A stretch of 55,742 bases of DNA, counting the filler, from Catajapyx aquilonaris (taxonomy: Eukaryota): NCBI GenBank assembly GCA_000934665.2. It is 3 parts of 3 records of this genome, joined end to end, with 100 filler letters (N's around TTAATTAATTAA, not from the genome) between each part and the next. Parts side by side here need not be neighbours in the genome. Positions count along the whole stretch, not along the records: positions 1 to 18,538 come from JYFJ02006667.1; positions 18,639 to 37,112 come from JYFJ02006668.1; 1 more part is not named here. One strand, written 5' to 3'. Below the pieces are notes generated by a model. That model saw nothing but the letters and a program-made list of their open reading frames with translations. It was not told the DNA's origin and searched no databases. This document shows positions 12,950 to 24,610 of this stretch, one piece after another. The position numbers and the translations under genes were made by a program. How positions within the stretch are numbered: the first letter of the stretch is position 1; each line of letters opens with the position of its first letter.

Positions 12950-15900
12950 CCAAATCCACAATTTCGACCGTTGTCTCTCTGCCTCGTAGTCTGCTAGGTT
13001 TTGGATCCTTTGGCTTCCTCGTTTTGCGCCCCCCTGCAAGAGTTGGGCGGGACTCTTAGTGTGTAATGTTTCACTCGCAGTCAGCCATGTACTGGTACAG
13101 TCCATGTACTTAAAACAAGCAAATTCAGACGAGTTTCGACTAGTAGACGATCTAGTAAATCAACAAGATCTTGTGAACATGTCATAGATAAGATAAATAA
13201 AATAATGTCAACAACTCCCAGCAGCATACCATGATTTGTGGTGCAGGAGGACATAATAACTTCGTTCTCAACGGTTATTGTGTAGCATTTTTGTGACAAT
13301 ACTACACGCTGTGGATTGAGAAAAGATTTGTTGGTATTTGTGTGTACAGTGTATATCCCATTTTCTACTGATATGCAGAAGAGAAAGTCTTCGTGTGTTT
13401 TCCAGTAACTTCCTCACGTGAAGACTCCGCATTGAATGATGGCGCTTCAATTGGTACAGAATTCTGCCATTTACAGCTGCAAAATTATTGACCTCCTTGT
13501 AAAATATCTATATCACGGATATGACAAAATTATTTTATTGGGCGGTGTTGAGAAAGAATAGAAAGTTGAGTAGCAACTGGTTGCCTCGGTTAATATTTTT
13601 TTCAATCACCTATGGATTTTGAGGATACAGCCATTATATTCTGACATCTAACCCTTTGTCTGCGTCTGTCACAACCACACATCCTTCTGACATAGCGAAC
13701 GAGCTGAAACGTTCACAAAGAGTTCGGATGGGATCGCTGTCCATTGTCGGCCCAGGTTGGGGAGAAGAGTGCCAAAGAATATTTCAGTTGTTGAGGGTTT
13801 GTGGGTATAGTAATGAGTGTGAGGATTTGTTTCAACCACAATATTTTATAGCAGTTTCAGAGCTCAAAATTTTAACAGTGGCAGTAGATGTGGGCCATAA
13901 TAAGGGAGTGCCCTGAAGATGGAAGAGTTACCATGTGTTTTGGACAAGTGCAGGATATTATGTATTCCGAAGGCCTAGAATGTCGTGAAGTGTTTCTCAA
14001 ATATCATTCTACTGGTCTGTCGAATAAAATAGTACATGGCAATATCTTATATGGGTAAATTTGGTCTTACGTTGGTGTGTTTGGCCGTCTCTATACCTTT
14101 AAATAAATAGGAAATGGGAATTGACGGCGTGGCTAAAATTGTGGTTTATGGTAAAATAATACTGCAGAAACAATATTTGATATTGCTGTTCTTGGGGTAT
14201 CAGTAATATCATAAATTCAATCCGATCATTTTTATTGTTGCACAGTACAATATCCTTGTAAGATCATATGCTTTCTGACTTCTTGCCAAGCACAGACGCA
14301 AGTTATAGAAGGAATATTCTTATGGATAAGCTGACTTATTTGCGATTGTCCTGCCTCATGTCATCTGATAACGGTGCCTGACGCTGACAGTAACGATGTC
14401 ACAGAAGAGAATCTGGAAGTGGTTGACAGAACAACCTTGAAGTCATGTTCGTTGGGTGAGAGTTTCAATGTTGGTCATTCATTCCTCTATGCCGTTTCAT
14501 GACCGGTAGGTACATAATTGCATTGTTCCAAGCATACTCCATTGTACAGTAATTAATTTTAAACTGGTTTTACAGTTCGTCCTTGCATTTTGTAGATACA
14601 AGAGTGTAATGATAAATTGATAAATCGCCTTCTCTAGATGAGTCGCCTGACTCGGTGAAAATGAGAAGTACCCAATGAGACTTTTCCAACTGGTCCTTTT
14701 TCTGTCACCTTTACTGCTGCGTACTGGAACGCAAGTTGTTGTCCATATGACCAGTGGTAGTGCCAATTAATCTGCTTTACACTGGTGTTTTTATTGCATT
14801 TTTATTTACATTTCAGTGTTTCACAGCAGCTCCCAGCACGGCAACTGCAATAATATTATCAGATAGCCACAGCAGTTGCTGTGGCTTCAACAAACATAAC
14901 GGCGATATGTTAGATTGTTTGGCAATATTATCATTGTCAGCCTGGCATATAGCCTTTTTTGCCCGTTACGATTATCACTGTATTCGTCCTCTTGGATATT
15001 TTACTCTACCCACTTACAAGGGAAAATGATGTAATAACGGAAGTTTTGGTTATTGTGCAGAATTACCGCGAAAATTTCCAGGTTCCAGATCTGCGTGTTT
15101 TTCAGCATATATCCATCGTCTTAAACAAAAGATTCATAACCTCCACAACTTTGTAGGTAATGTACAGACGCTGTAGAGGGTTTGAAGCTCTCGTGTCAAG
15201 CCAACTGGATTTAAAAAAAGACGATAAGGGCTGGTATTGTATTCCAATTAACTCAATTCCCTCTTTCACTTGATTATGCGTCTTGCGAAGCACCCATTAC
15301 TGCTGGTTGATGGTGCTTCGATAATAGGCCAGTCTTTATAAGTCATCATTTTTCTTCGATATTCTCTGATTCTGCAGTCAATGTTTTTCTGTTGTCTGTG
15401 TATTCATTCAGTCGTGAAAGTGGGACTCATTAAAGTGACATACCGTTTCAGCGGTGAGCTGGACACATGTATCATCTTCCCTTTAGTTTCCTGATTGGAC
15501 GGACACAGAATATCAAAAAAATGCATTTTTGATGTGGTCTTTTACAAATGAATAAAAGAACTGAAGTGCTCGATTCATTCACCAGCATCGTCAGTGTGTT
15601 CCCTTTTCTAACAATTTTCTAAGGAAGAGTCCAGTGAATTCAGAGTTCTTCCATTTAGCCACGTCCAAAAAACACTGTTTGCTTGTGACCAGTTCACGCC
15701 ATACTATGATTGGAAAAAGAATTTAATATAATTATGTTCTCTCCTGGTCGCAACCAAGAGCATGTAGTGTTTGGCATATCCAATACTCACACTTTTATTA
15801 GCATTATAATTTGCAGTCGATGAACAATGAGTATATCAAGATCGGCATTTCATGTTCTATAGAGCTGGTGTCGCATAACCTTTTTGTATACTGTCATGCA

Positions 15901-17650
15901 ATTGCAACGGTAGGCTACCAAGCTGAAGGGCCGACTTTTGTAGACCTTAATAATCACAAGCTTTGCGCATCTGGAAAGAATCACGATAGGTTTTTAACTT
16001 GACTTTTGTGACGACAACTTGGGAGTTAGCACTTACTAAGGGTACGGCGTTGGAGCCAAATCGACATTTTCTGTTGCAGTATATCTTCAAATGATTGCTG
16101 TTGTCACTTACACATGGTCATGATGGGCTGAATTTACCTTATATTGGGCAGAACTTTAGGCACGGAAATTTTGTATCGAATACAGTGTTCTTCGGAGTTG
16201 TCTTTACTTTTATTTCGTTGTTAGGTATTGTAAATGGCCAGGAGTAATAGAGTGGCAGTCGATAAGTAGTACGAGTGGTGGCTGTGCAGGATTTTCTTGC
16301 AAATCATTATAACATAAGTATTCATATACTACCTTTTAGCGTAATTGATGTCTCCATAATTTCATGCGCCATAGTGCTCCCTCAGTATCTGGTTTAATGT
16401 CCATTTTCGGGCCCTGGTAATTCACTAAATGAAGTCGCCCAAGGTTGTTCATTACCGAGAGACTCAACGTTTGACATTTCCTTCGTATTTCACAATGATG
16501 GACTGTTGACGGAAGTTGAGAGACTATGTTCTGATTTACGAGTATATGGTTTCCAATGGTGGCATGAAATTACCACATCGTGGCTGTCCCTCCTGGAAAG
16601 TAGCTCTATTGCTGACAATAATTTATTTTTGATCGTCCCAACTTGCACCTCTCATAATAGCTATACATTTGGTAGTGCATGTAAAGGACATCTGTGTCTT
16701 GTCCCGGTGTGGCATATCTACTGCCGGTGTCTTTTTTGAACCCATTGTGAATGAGTAGTACTTGTGTCCTGCTCTGATGTGAAAAACCAATTATTCAGTT
16801 TGATATCGGCCACAATAATTTCAGTGTAATCAACAAGGATGTGGAATATACTCGTAGTGACCTTTATATGAGATGGATTTCAATTAATCCTGCAGCATCG
16901 CCTTCCTAATAGAGTATTTCTTGAGAATTCTGCTCAGGAAATATTGAGTCCAGTTACCGAAAGATATGGCTGAGCTTTAACGATGGTTGTCGCCAAATAA
17001 TTCAATGAAAGACGTTATATTAATAAGTACTTATTGTCAAGATGCGCAAGCTAATTGCAGTACTTTTCTGGAATAATTTCTCTGTGGACCGTGGTAATGT
17101 TATTGTTGGCATAGCAACGTTCTTAGTACATTGAGGCAACCTCAATGTGCTAAGAACGTTGCTATGCCATAAGTAAGTCTCATCAAGGTACTGCATTTAT
17201 GATGAAGCGTCGGTATACCTATATGGCAGGGTATGAGGAAAACATGATTCCCATAGGTCGGGACATTTCAGGTGGCGGTAAACTTGGTTATTACTACTCT
17301 GTTTATTTCGAGAGCAAATATTGCAGAGGTGTGCTTTTCCAGTTCTGAAGAGCTGGTGCGGAAAGATACGTGTTTGGGATAGTACGATTCCATACATTGC
17401 CTTTGCTTTCTTGATACCGTGTTGTAACGCTGTTGCTGCACGGTTACACTAGGAACGTCTTGCTGGTTTCTTGACATGCCATGAGCGAAGGATCATCCAG
17501 CCAACGAAAAAAACGGATGCTTTTCCTGGAAGTGATCGGTCTGAATTTCTCTATTATTGGTCAAGAATCACTGTATCTTTGTTCGATATTTGATCATCAT
17601 CTTCATGATGACTTCAATGGGGATAGTCTGAAGTGATCTCCATAAATAGT
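12950..17650 (-). pseudogene. Degenerate L (RdRp-capping-methyltransferase) gene of a Mononegavirales-like RNA virus (EVE copy C)
   Basis: Manual minus-strand translation across stops and frameshifts gives motif remnants in canonical L order: EHYG/MKLWRHQ (~16380-16345, GHP motif), YSWP (~16240), FLDVAKWK (~15670-15645, motif A), caagacgcataatcaagtg = Q(G)DNQV with one substitution and one insertion (~15285-15267, motif C), DRKRTSWKSLIGY..SPSQ (~14710-14645), YVPTGHET (GxxT, ~14515-14493), VTVSVRHRY (HR motif, ~14394-14368), PTSTATVKI (MTase Lys, ~13894-13868). Confidence 0.8.
17107..17169. repeat. Near-perfect 30-bp hairpin with 3-nt loop
   Basis: tggcatagcaacgttcttagtacattgagg-caa-cctcaatgtgctaagaacgttgctatgcca; the single mismatch is a U-G wobble in + strand RNA. 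Confidence 0.95.
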
Positions 17651-18538
17651 TGTAACCCTGCGAGACGGCAGGCCCTTTTTTGACCTTTTTTTTATCCGAC
17701 TCAAATTAATGAACTCTTTTTGGCGTAACCATGGATGCAGCTCTATATAAATACGTGCCCAGCCCGTCTCACACTGACCTTCTTCTACCCGATGTCCAAG
17801 CTAAATTTTAGTTAAATTGATGGTCCCTCTTGTCAGTCTCCCAACCAGCATGCAACCAGCAAGCCGAACCATACAAAATGGCCATCGGAACCACTGTCCT
17901 GCTTCTCCGCCACAAAGCGACTGCGTTTGTAGTCCATCCCACCTTTTTTATTCGTGAACCGATTTTAGACACGGTTTTAACACCGAGGTCGATAATTTGG
18001 AAGTTCAATTGCGTTAATTCAACGGGGATAGTCTGAAGAGATCTTCACGAAGAGTTGTATTGCTTAGTTGAGTAACATTTACATAAATCAAGTTGACAAA
18101 GGGGAATAGTAAATTAGTATGCAATGAGAGTATAACATTGCCTTTTATTGAAACACATAATTTCTGCATGAAGTTGTTCGGGTTTGGACGGAATTTATTC
18201 GTGGAGTTATTTTAGCCCTATCCGATTCTAATGCCGACAACCTATTTCGTGTGTCTGCTGCCTCTCGAATCAGCCCTGCTGGCTGTATGTTTGTTTGTTT
18301 GCTTTGTGCTTTATTTAGTCTGTCGGCCTGCAGCTAATGCCGCTTGGCCGACCCTCCTCCCTCCTCACATGATTACATTTACATTCATAGACATTCTACA
18401 TGATTCCGTCACTCGATTCATTCATATGATTACATTGACATTTATCGACATCCTACATTTACATTTACATTTTTTACATAATTCCATTTTCTCTCACTCC
18501 CTCCCCCTGTCTCTCCAAAATTGCATCCCTCCTCTTTT

Positions 18539-18638
18539 NNNNNNNNNNNNNNNNNNNNNNNNNNNNNNNNNNNNNNNNNNNNTTAATTAATTAANNNNNN
18601 NNNNNNNNNNNNNNNNNNNNNNNNNNNNNNNNNNNNNN
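18539..18638. other. Artificial spacer / contig join
   Basis: 44 N + TTAATTAATTAA (stops in all six frames) + 44 N; identical to 37113-37212. Confidence 0.97.
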
Positions 18639-19790
18639 GAGGGGGGGGGGTGGAGAGGGGGAGGAAGGTGGGGGAGGGGAGATTTTTTTCTTTTTTTGAA
18701 ATTTTAAAGACACCTGCTTAATGGGAGGGGGCGGTCACTTTTTTCGAAGAAAAAAGTCTTAAATTTAATCATTCAAAAATTGAAGAATTCCGGTTTGTGT
18801 GGGCCATCCCCAGCCCCCACCCTACCACTGCCCAAGTGGGTGCATTTACCTTATACCTGGGAGTTCCATTCTCAAACCTATCACCCCTCCAAAAATTTTC
18901 TCCCAGAAATTTAACTATAGGTCCAATAAAATCACCAGCACATGCAAATGATTCGGCACAATTTTTAGGTCATTTTCAATGGTTTGTTGCGGCCTGACCT
19001 TTGACCTGAAAGGCCCTAGTATTAGGTTTTTGGTCTCGGGCCAGGCCCTACCTCGGTCTCCATCTGTCGGGTCTTTCGTACTGAGACTGTACAGAGCACA
19101 GTACATAGATATACAGTATATCTCTCTGTGTGGGGTAGTAATGCCCCTAGCCTGATCGCCAAATGTAGCAGTCCGCCTGTCCTTGTGGGTAGCGGGGCGG
19201 GGGTGGAAAGGGGGGAATATGTAAAGTGAAGGAGACAGGAAGGTGGACCAAGCCTACACGAAAATGTGACTATCTAAATCCTGTATATCTAAATACCAAT
19301 ATCTAAATACTGTATATCTATGTACTGTGCTCTGTACAGTCTCATTACGAGAGATCCGACAGATGGAGACCGAGGTAGGGCCCGGCCCGAAACCAAAAAC
19401 CTAATACTAGGGCCTTTCAGGTCAAAGGTCAGGCCGCAACAAACCATTGAAAATGACCTAAAAATTGTGCCGAATCATTTGCATGTGCTGGTTATTTTAT
19501 AGGATCTATAGTTTAAATTGTAGGATTAAATATTTGGAGGGGTGATAGGTTTGAGAATGGGACTCCCAGGTATAAGGTAAATGCACCCACTTGGGCAGTG
19601 GTAGGGTGGGGGCTGGGGATGGCCCACACAAACCGGAATTCTTCAATTTTTGAATGATTAAATTTAAGACTTTTTTCATCGAAAAAAGTGACCGCCCCCT
19701 CCCATTAAGCAGGTGTCTTTAAAATTTCCAAAAAAAAATTCTCCCCTCCCCCACCTTCCTCCCCCTCTCCACCCCTCCCCCTCCCTTCTC
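18639..19790. repeat. Long inverted repeat (~480-bp arms at 18639-19119 and 19306-19790), probable fold-back or MITE element
   Basis: Arms are reverse complements (ORF track gives near-identical peptides at 18915-19106 and 19320-19502); G-rich/C-rich outer ends; the left end abuts the spacer, so no TSD can be seen. Confidence 0.85.
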
Positions 19791-19904
19791 CTCCACATCC
19801 TCCAAGTGTCAACTCGAAAGATGTTTCACTGGAGAAACAGTCGCCATCTTGGCCAGAGATGTCGGCTGCAAATTTTTTTTTCGTTGCCTGACCACAACCG
19901 AAGA

Positions 19905-20175
19905 AGCCCCGGGATTAGATCCCAGGACCCTTCGATCGAGAGTCCGACGCGTTACCACAGAACCACGGTCTGGTGCAACGAGATTGTGAGTGTTGGAAGG
20001 GTCTAGCCTATTTACCAGATGCACTTCAAAGAGAAATAAATGTGAAATGAGAGATGAAGTAACAGCGGGAAAGGTCCATAGCGATAAAAAGAAACGGCGT
20101 CTTCCTTTCAGGATTCGATCCTTCAACCTTCAGGTTACGAAGAGAGAGTCTTAACCACTAGACCACTGCGCTACT
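19905..20175 (-). mobile_element. Two degenerate tRNA-derived SINE heads
   Basis: Reverse complements give A-box and B-box-like sequences (gtggtctagtggttaagac...ggatcgaatcctg; gtggttctgtggtaacgcgtc...ggatctaatcccggg). Confidence 0.5.
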
Positions 20176-20395
20176 TCGATACTGACACTCTCTCCAGCAT
20201 GTACTTATTGTATAAAGAAAGGGCGCCACAAAATTCAACAATCACCATAAAATATTTGATTTAGGTTATATTTTTTAGCCTTATTAGTGTGCTAATACGT
20301 AAAAGAATGTGATAATTTGTGTTTCAGTATATTCTTAAAAAATATTCGTGTGCCAAAAAAAAAACCTTATTATGATTTCTTTTCATGTGATATAT

Positions 20396-20513
20396 CCCTG
20401 TAATGCCCCTTGGGTCACCTCTGGCACACCATTTAGTGACATTTGGCACTTACAGGAAATATAAAAATTGCACTACATGGTGTGCCAGATATGACCCAAG
20501 AGGCATTACAGGG
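20396..20513. mobile_element. Small palindromic MITE (CCC...GGG ends)
   Basis: ccctgtaatgccccttgggtca..tctggcacacca pairs with tggtgtgccaga..tgacccaagaggcattacaggg. Confidence 0.65.
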
Positions 20514-20514
20514 T

Positions 20515-20618
20515 AAAATTGTGGTATAAAAATTTCCCTGGTATAAAAATTCACGTGGTATAAAAATTCACGTGGTATGAAAGTTCACGTGGTATGAAAA
20601 TTCCCGCGGTATAAAAAA
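20515..20618 (+). repeat. Short tandem repeat, ~17-18-bp unit gtggtataaaaattcac, 5-6 copies
   Basis: Directly visible head-to-tail units with no unique spacers. Confidence 0.85.
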
Positions 20619-20736
20619 CAGGCCACAGCCGCTTCCTTCCGTCCCTATCCTATCCCAAAATGCAAATAAAATGAAAGCAAAGAGTTCCAGTCAAAACAAA
20701 AATTTCCCCCCTAAAGAGCCGCCGGCTGATAACGGG

Positions 20737-21658
20737 CAAAGAGCTTATACTAGGAAGAGTGGAAAAAACAGCTGGTAGCATAGCAACCGTGTCGCCAATC
20801 GACTGACCTGCCACCTGGCGAGTCGACAGCGAAACTCGATACTGTATTGTACAATACGGTAGATCGAGGCAGTGCCGGAAATATGGCAATAAAAGCCCCA
20901 GAGGTTGGAAATAAGCTATAAGCACTCGTATACTCTCGTTGGTGTAAAAATTGACGACAAAACACGATGTAGAAGACCTGTGAATAAAATACCACCACGA
21001 AAAGCAAATTGTTTGCCAGAAGTTTATTGCCTCTACAATAATCCCACACTCTGCGCTATACAATACACACCAAGGTAGGCTACTGTACACACTGGTCATG
21101 ATGCTGAACATGGTCATGACAGGAAGATGTACCCCCCGCTGCTATGTCCATCGTCTTGTGGCGGGACGGGCTTGTTCTTCTATACCGTGAACTCGAGAGC
21201 CGTGGAAGGTCCTTTGGTAATGAAAAGAATGCGATCCGAGACCCCATGCGCGAACAGACGGCACCCAACCCCCGATCGTCTACACCCCACTATGCTGGCC
21301 TTGGAACTGGTTCCATTTCAAAATTCGAACGTGATTTCTAAGCAACGAGGTGATTATTATTTGTATTGTTAGGTGCAGGGTGGCCAGCTGCGCAGAATAT
21401 CAGTTTCGGGTCCAAAATTAGTTCCTTAACCCCATACGACCTCATATTGGTCAGTTTTTAGATTTATAACTCTTAATTATGTGCCTCTTGATATTAAATC
21501 AACACAGTTTATTGAAATTCCTCTCGACAGCACTCGACGGTGCCGCCTAGTGGCGCCGCGTAGTGAGCCAACAGCAAAACACGTTGGCCAAACAACTGGC
21601 CAAAAAGTGGCGACGCTTGGAAACCGTTTTTTCCACTCTTCCTAGTATAAGCTCTTTG
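20737..21658. mobile_element. Non-autonomous P-superfamily-like DNA transposon with THAP-domain remnant
   Basis: 33-bp TIR CAAAGAGCTTATACTAGGAAGAGTGGAAAAAAC; perfect 8-bp TSD ATAACGGG (20729-20736, 21659-21666). Minus strand ~21300-21100 reads IVGCRRS...IAFFSLPKD...CHDH, resembling a THAP N-terminus. Confidence 0.85.
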
Positions 21659-22279
21659 ATAACGGGGTATGAAGTAATTATTAATTATTATTAGGGCCTA
21701 CTGTTGCCCAATTTTTTTGGTCCTTCAAAAATGGGAAATTCGCTGGAATTGTTGTATACGTGTCCAAGGTGACTACTCGCTACTTTTAAGGTGGCAAATG
21801 TTAATGTTTTCATGAACACAGTCCGGGAACTTTTCGATCACACCTCGTACACCTTTAAATTTTGTTCTTTTCATGACAACTATTCACATGGCAATCAATG
21901 AGAGCTTCATTAGTACTAAAAAAAGAACCAAGTATTATGTACGGTCGGGCACGGGAGAGGGTCCTGGCCCTTGGGACAGGGGGGTGGAGGGGGGCGGGTG
22001 ACACCACGAGTTGCCGCACCGGGTGACAACAACACTAGCGACGCCACTGCTGTATATACATACTGGAATAACGTGCCGGCCGGAAAATGCGTACTGAACA
22101 TTTAAAAAAAAATTTGCTCTTTTATTTGACACGTTCTTAGGTGTGCGACAGGGGGTGCGGAGGTTATTCAAAGGGGTGCTTGCGCACCCCCTAGCACCCT
22201 CCTGGCTCCGCCACTGCTTTTGGCCACTTTATCCTGGTCTAGAAGCAACCCTTCACATACACACACCTCCTTAACGTCG

Positions 22280-23202
22280 GGCTGTGCGAAGGGTTGCTTC
22301 AAGACCAGGAGAAAGTGGCCAAAAGTATTTGAACCCGATAGTACATCACCTAATAATTCAGAACATTTCCTGAAGACCATCGGAAATTACAATTCGGCCC
22401 TCCAGATGACATCTTTTGGGGCCAACGTTGTTAGAGAAGGGGGCTTCATCCCTACATTCAAAGTGCAAGGGCAAATTTACCATCGCATGGGATCACTCCT
22501 TCCTTCAGAAAATCAGAGTCCGCGATTTCTGCAACTTTACTTCGTGGGGAACATGCAACACCAGGCGGAATACCGTTGCGACATCATACTGCAACTTCAG
22601 GAGATGATCCATTCCACCTACACTTACGTCCAAAGGTTCAAGCTTGCACTTGAGAGTCCTCCTCTTCCTCTGGAATTTGACTTGGTCATCGATGCAGACA
22701 AGCGACCACAAGGTGAGCATCATGGTCGACTCAATCAACCTTCTTGCAATGAGATTGCTCTCATCATGAGTGGTCAGGAGCATGTAATGAAGCTTCGAGA
22801 CAACACGCTTCATCTATGCAATTATGAACGTAATTGGCTATATACCAAATATTGCATGTGCATCAATCCAAACAACACACTATACGGATGCCAGATTCTA
22901 AGTTCTGCTATGCTAGAGCTTCTATACATACATTTACTGCACAGCCTTCAATTTTTCACTACATACTTTTGCTGGATTTTGAAGGTGTATGTGTATTTTC
23001 TTACAATCCGACATCCGCAGTGCGTTGTTTTGACTTCATGCACATGCATGTTACAGGCTCCATGTTACAAGTATGCCAACATGGTATAGCCATAATTATT
23101 ACAAAGGTAACTACCAAACCAATAATAAAGTAATATAAGTAATATAAGTCACTCCTATGGAAAAGTCTTTCATAACCCGAGCAACGCCGGGTATCCTGCT
23201 AG
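22280..23202 (+). mobile_element. Internally deleted Helitron with intact 3' end
   Basis: FLKTIGNYNSALQMTSFGA..PTFKVQGQIYHRMGSLLP..PRFLQLYF is the conserved Helitron N-terminal region; 3' hairpin cccgagcaacgccggg is followed by CTAG|T at 23199-23203. Confidence 0.88.
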
Positions 23203-23817
23203 TGTAGGCTACACTATCTTTTGAAGCATAATCTTGAGAACATCTGAGCACCTTCGCTCTCGCAATTCCATTAATAACTTCGCCTCTGTGACTCATCTAA
23301 ACATCCTATCTGTTTTGCGTTTATTTTGCTTGTTGCCTTGGAGGACACCTGGTCATATTCTGCGTCAGATAAGGTTTTTATGACCCTTTTCCATGAGTTC
23401 CCCTTCATGAAAATGTTGTGAACTCACTCCTGACATTATTTTTCGCATTGGTCCATAACCTGGTCCAATAAAAATTTGAAAAGGAATGCATTAAATGGCG
23501 GACCCGGATGCATTACTTTCGAATTCTCACATTGGTACCATCCTCCCTCGACTTCTTCCCCTAGTTCTCCACAAAACCGCTACAAATAACCCCGAGGAGA
23601 GGAAGCCGAATTTTTTTCTCTCTCTCCCCAGACCTTCCCATTCCCTCCAACAGCAACTTTTGAACAAAAAAATTATTTTGCAGAACAACACCACGTACGC
23701 TTACAAAAATTTGTCTCCTTTAATTGCGAAAGTCACCACAAATCATACACACTCGACCCCTTTTTAAATATTTTTCTACAGCATGCCCATGTGTTTTTGC
23801 TATAAATGTAATAAAAT

Positions 23818-23877
<60 letters not shown>
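23818..23877. repeat. (GTA/TAG)n microsatellite, ~20 units
   Basis: Directly visible. Confidence 0.98.
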
Positions 23878-24014
23878 TAAAATGTGTAACGGCTGATCTA
23901 TAGTTTGTCCGCACCGGGCGGGGTTGGGCAGGCGGGGTGGGCTCCCGACATGTTGGCAACGTCGCAACTGACAGGTGTGTTGATACCCCTGCCGCGCGAA
24001 CAGTTTATGCACCT

Positions 24015-24160
24015 GCAAGGGTGTGCAGTTTGAAAATACTACGGCTCCTATCTGTGGTTCCAATGATGCATGTGATTCAAGGTGGCGAACCGAGCCTACC
24101 CAATGTTTGTACAACAATACAGCTGGGCGACCATACAGTCTGTACACATAGGTACACTGA
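24015..24160 (+). repeat. Dispersed repeat; an inverted second copy is at 34295-34440
   Basis: gggtgtgcagtttgaaaata...gattcaaggtggcgaaccgagc...acaatacagctgggcgacc matches the reverse complement of 34300-34435. Confidence 0.8.
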
Positions 24161-24189
24161 ATTAATTGATATTAGGGAGGTTGGCCCAG

Positions 24190-24610
24190 CATTGCCTTTC
24201 AACCTCCAAGGATAGGGAAAGAAATGGAAGCGGCTGTGGCCTATTATACGGAAGCGACCCCGGAATTATCCTAGAAAGACTGTGGAAAACCACAGAAAAC
24301 CACGGTCAGGGTTGCCGGCCCCGGGATTCGAACCCAGGACCTCCCGATTAGGAGTCGGACTTTTGTGACCCACATAGTCACAAGTAGGTGTCACCTTTTG
24401 AATACCCGACTTTAATCATTTGCCTGTAATGGGATGGATTTTGATAGTGGGAGGAAACGGGAGAACCCCGAGAAAACCCACGCGAACACGGAGAGAACCC
24501 ATCGAAACTCTATCCACATAAGTATCCTCCGTCCGACCCGGGGATCGAACTCGGGACCTTAGAGGTGGAAGGCTGTGGCGTTAACCACTCGGCCACCGTG
24601 TCGCCCCACA
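24190..24610 (-). mobile_element. Adjacent tRNA-derived SINEs
   Basis: Minus strand at 24605-24530 reads ggtggccgagtggttaacgcc...gagttcgatccccggg (A and B boxes). A second B box (gggttcgaatccc) near 24325-24337 has the common insect ggaaaaccacagaaaac body. Confidence 0.7.

Noticed and set aside
13000..13110. Fibronectin type III-like WTVP..HYTLRV pattern
   Set aside because: It lies collinear with, and downstream of, the L methyltransferase motif and is better explained as the L C-terminus.
20515..20618. CRISPR-like repeat array
   Set aside because: Head-to-tail units without unique spacers, in eukaryotic DNA with no cas genes.
23720..24147. Poly-Leu and poly-Tyr ORFs
   Set aside because: They are translations of the (TAG)n microsatellite.
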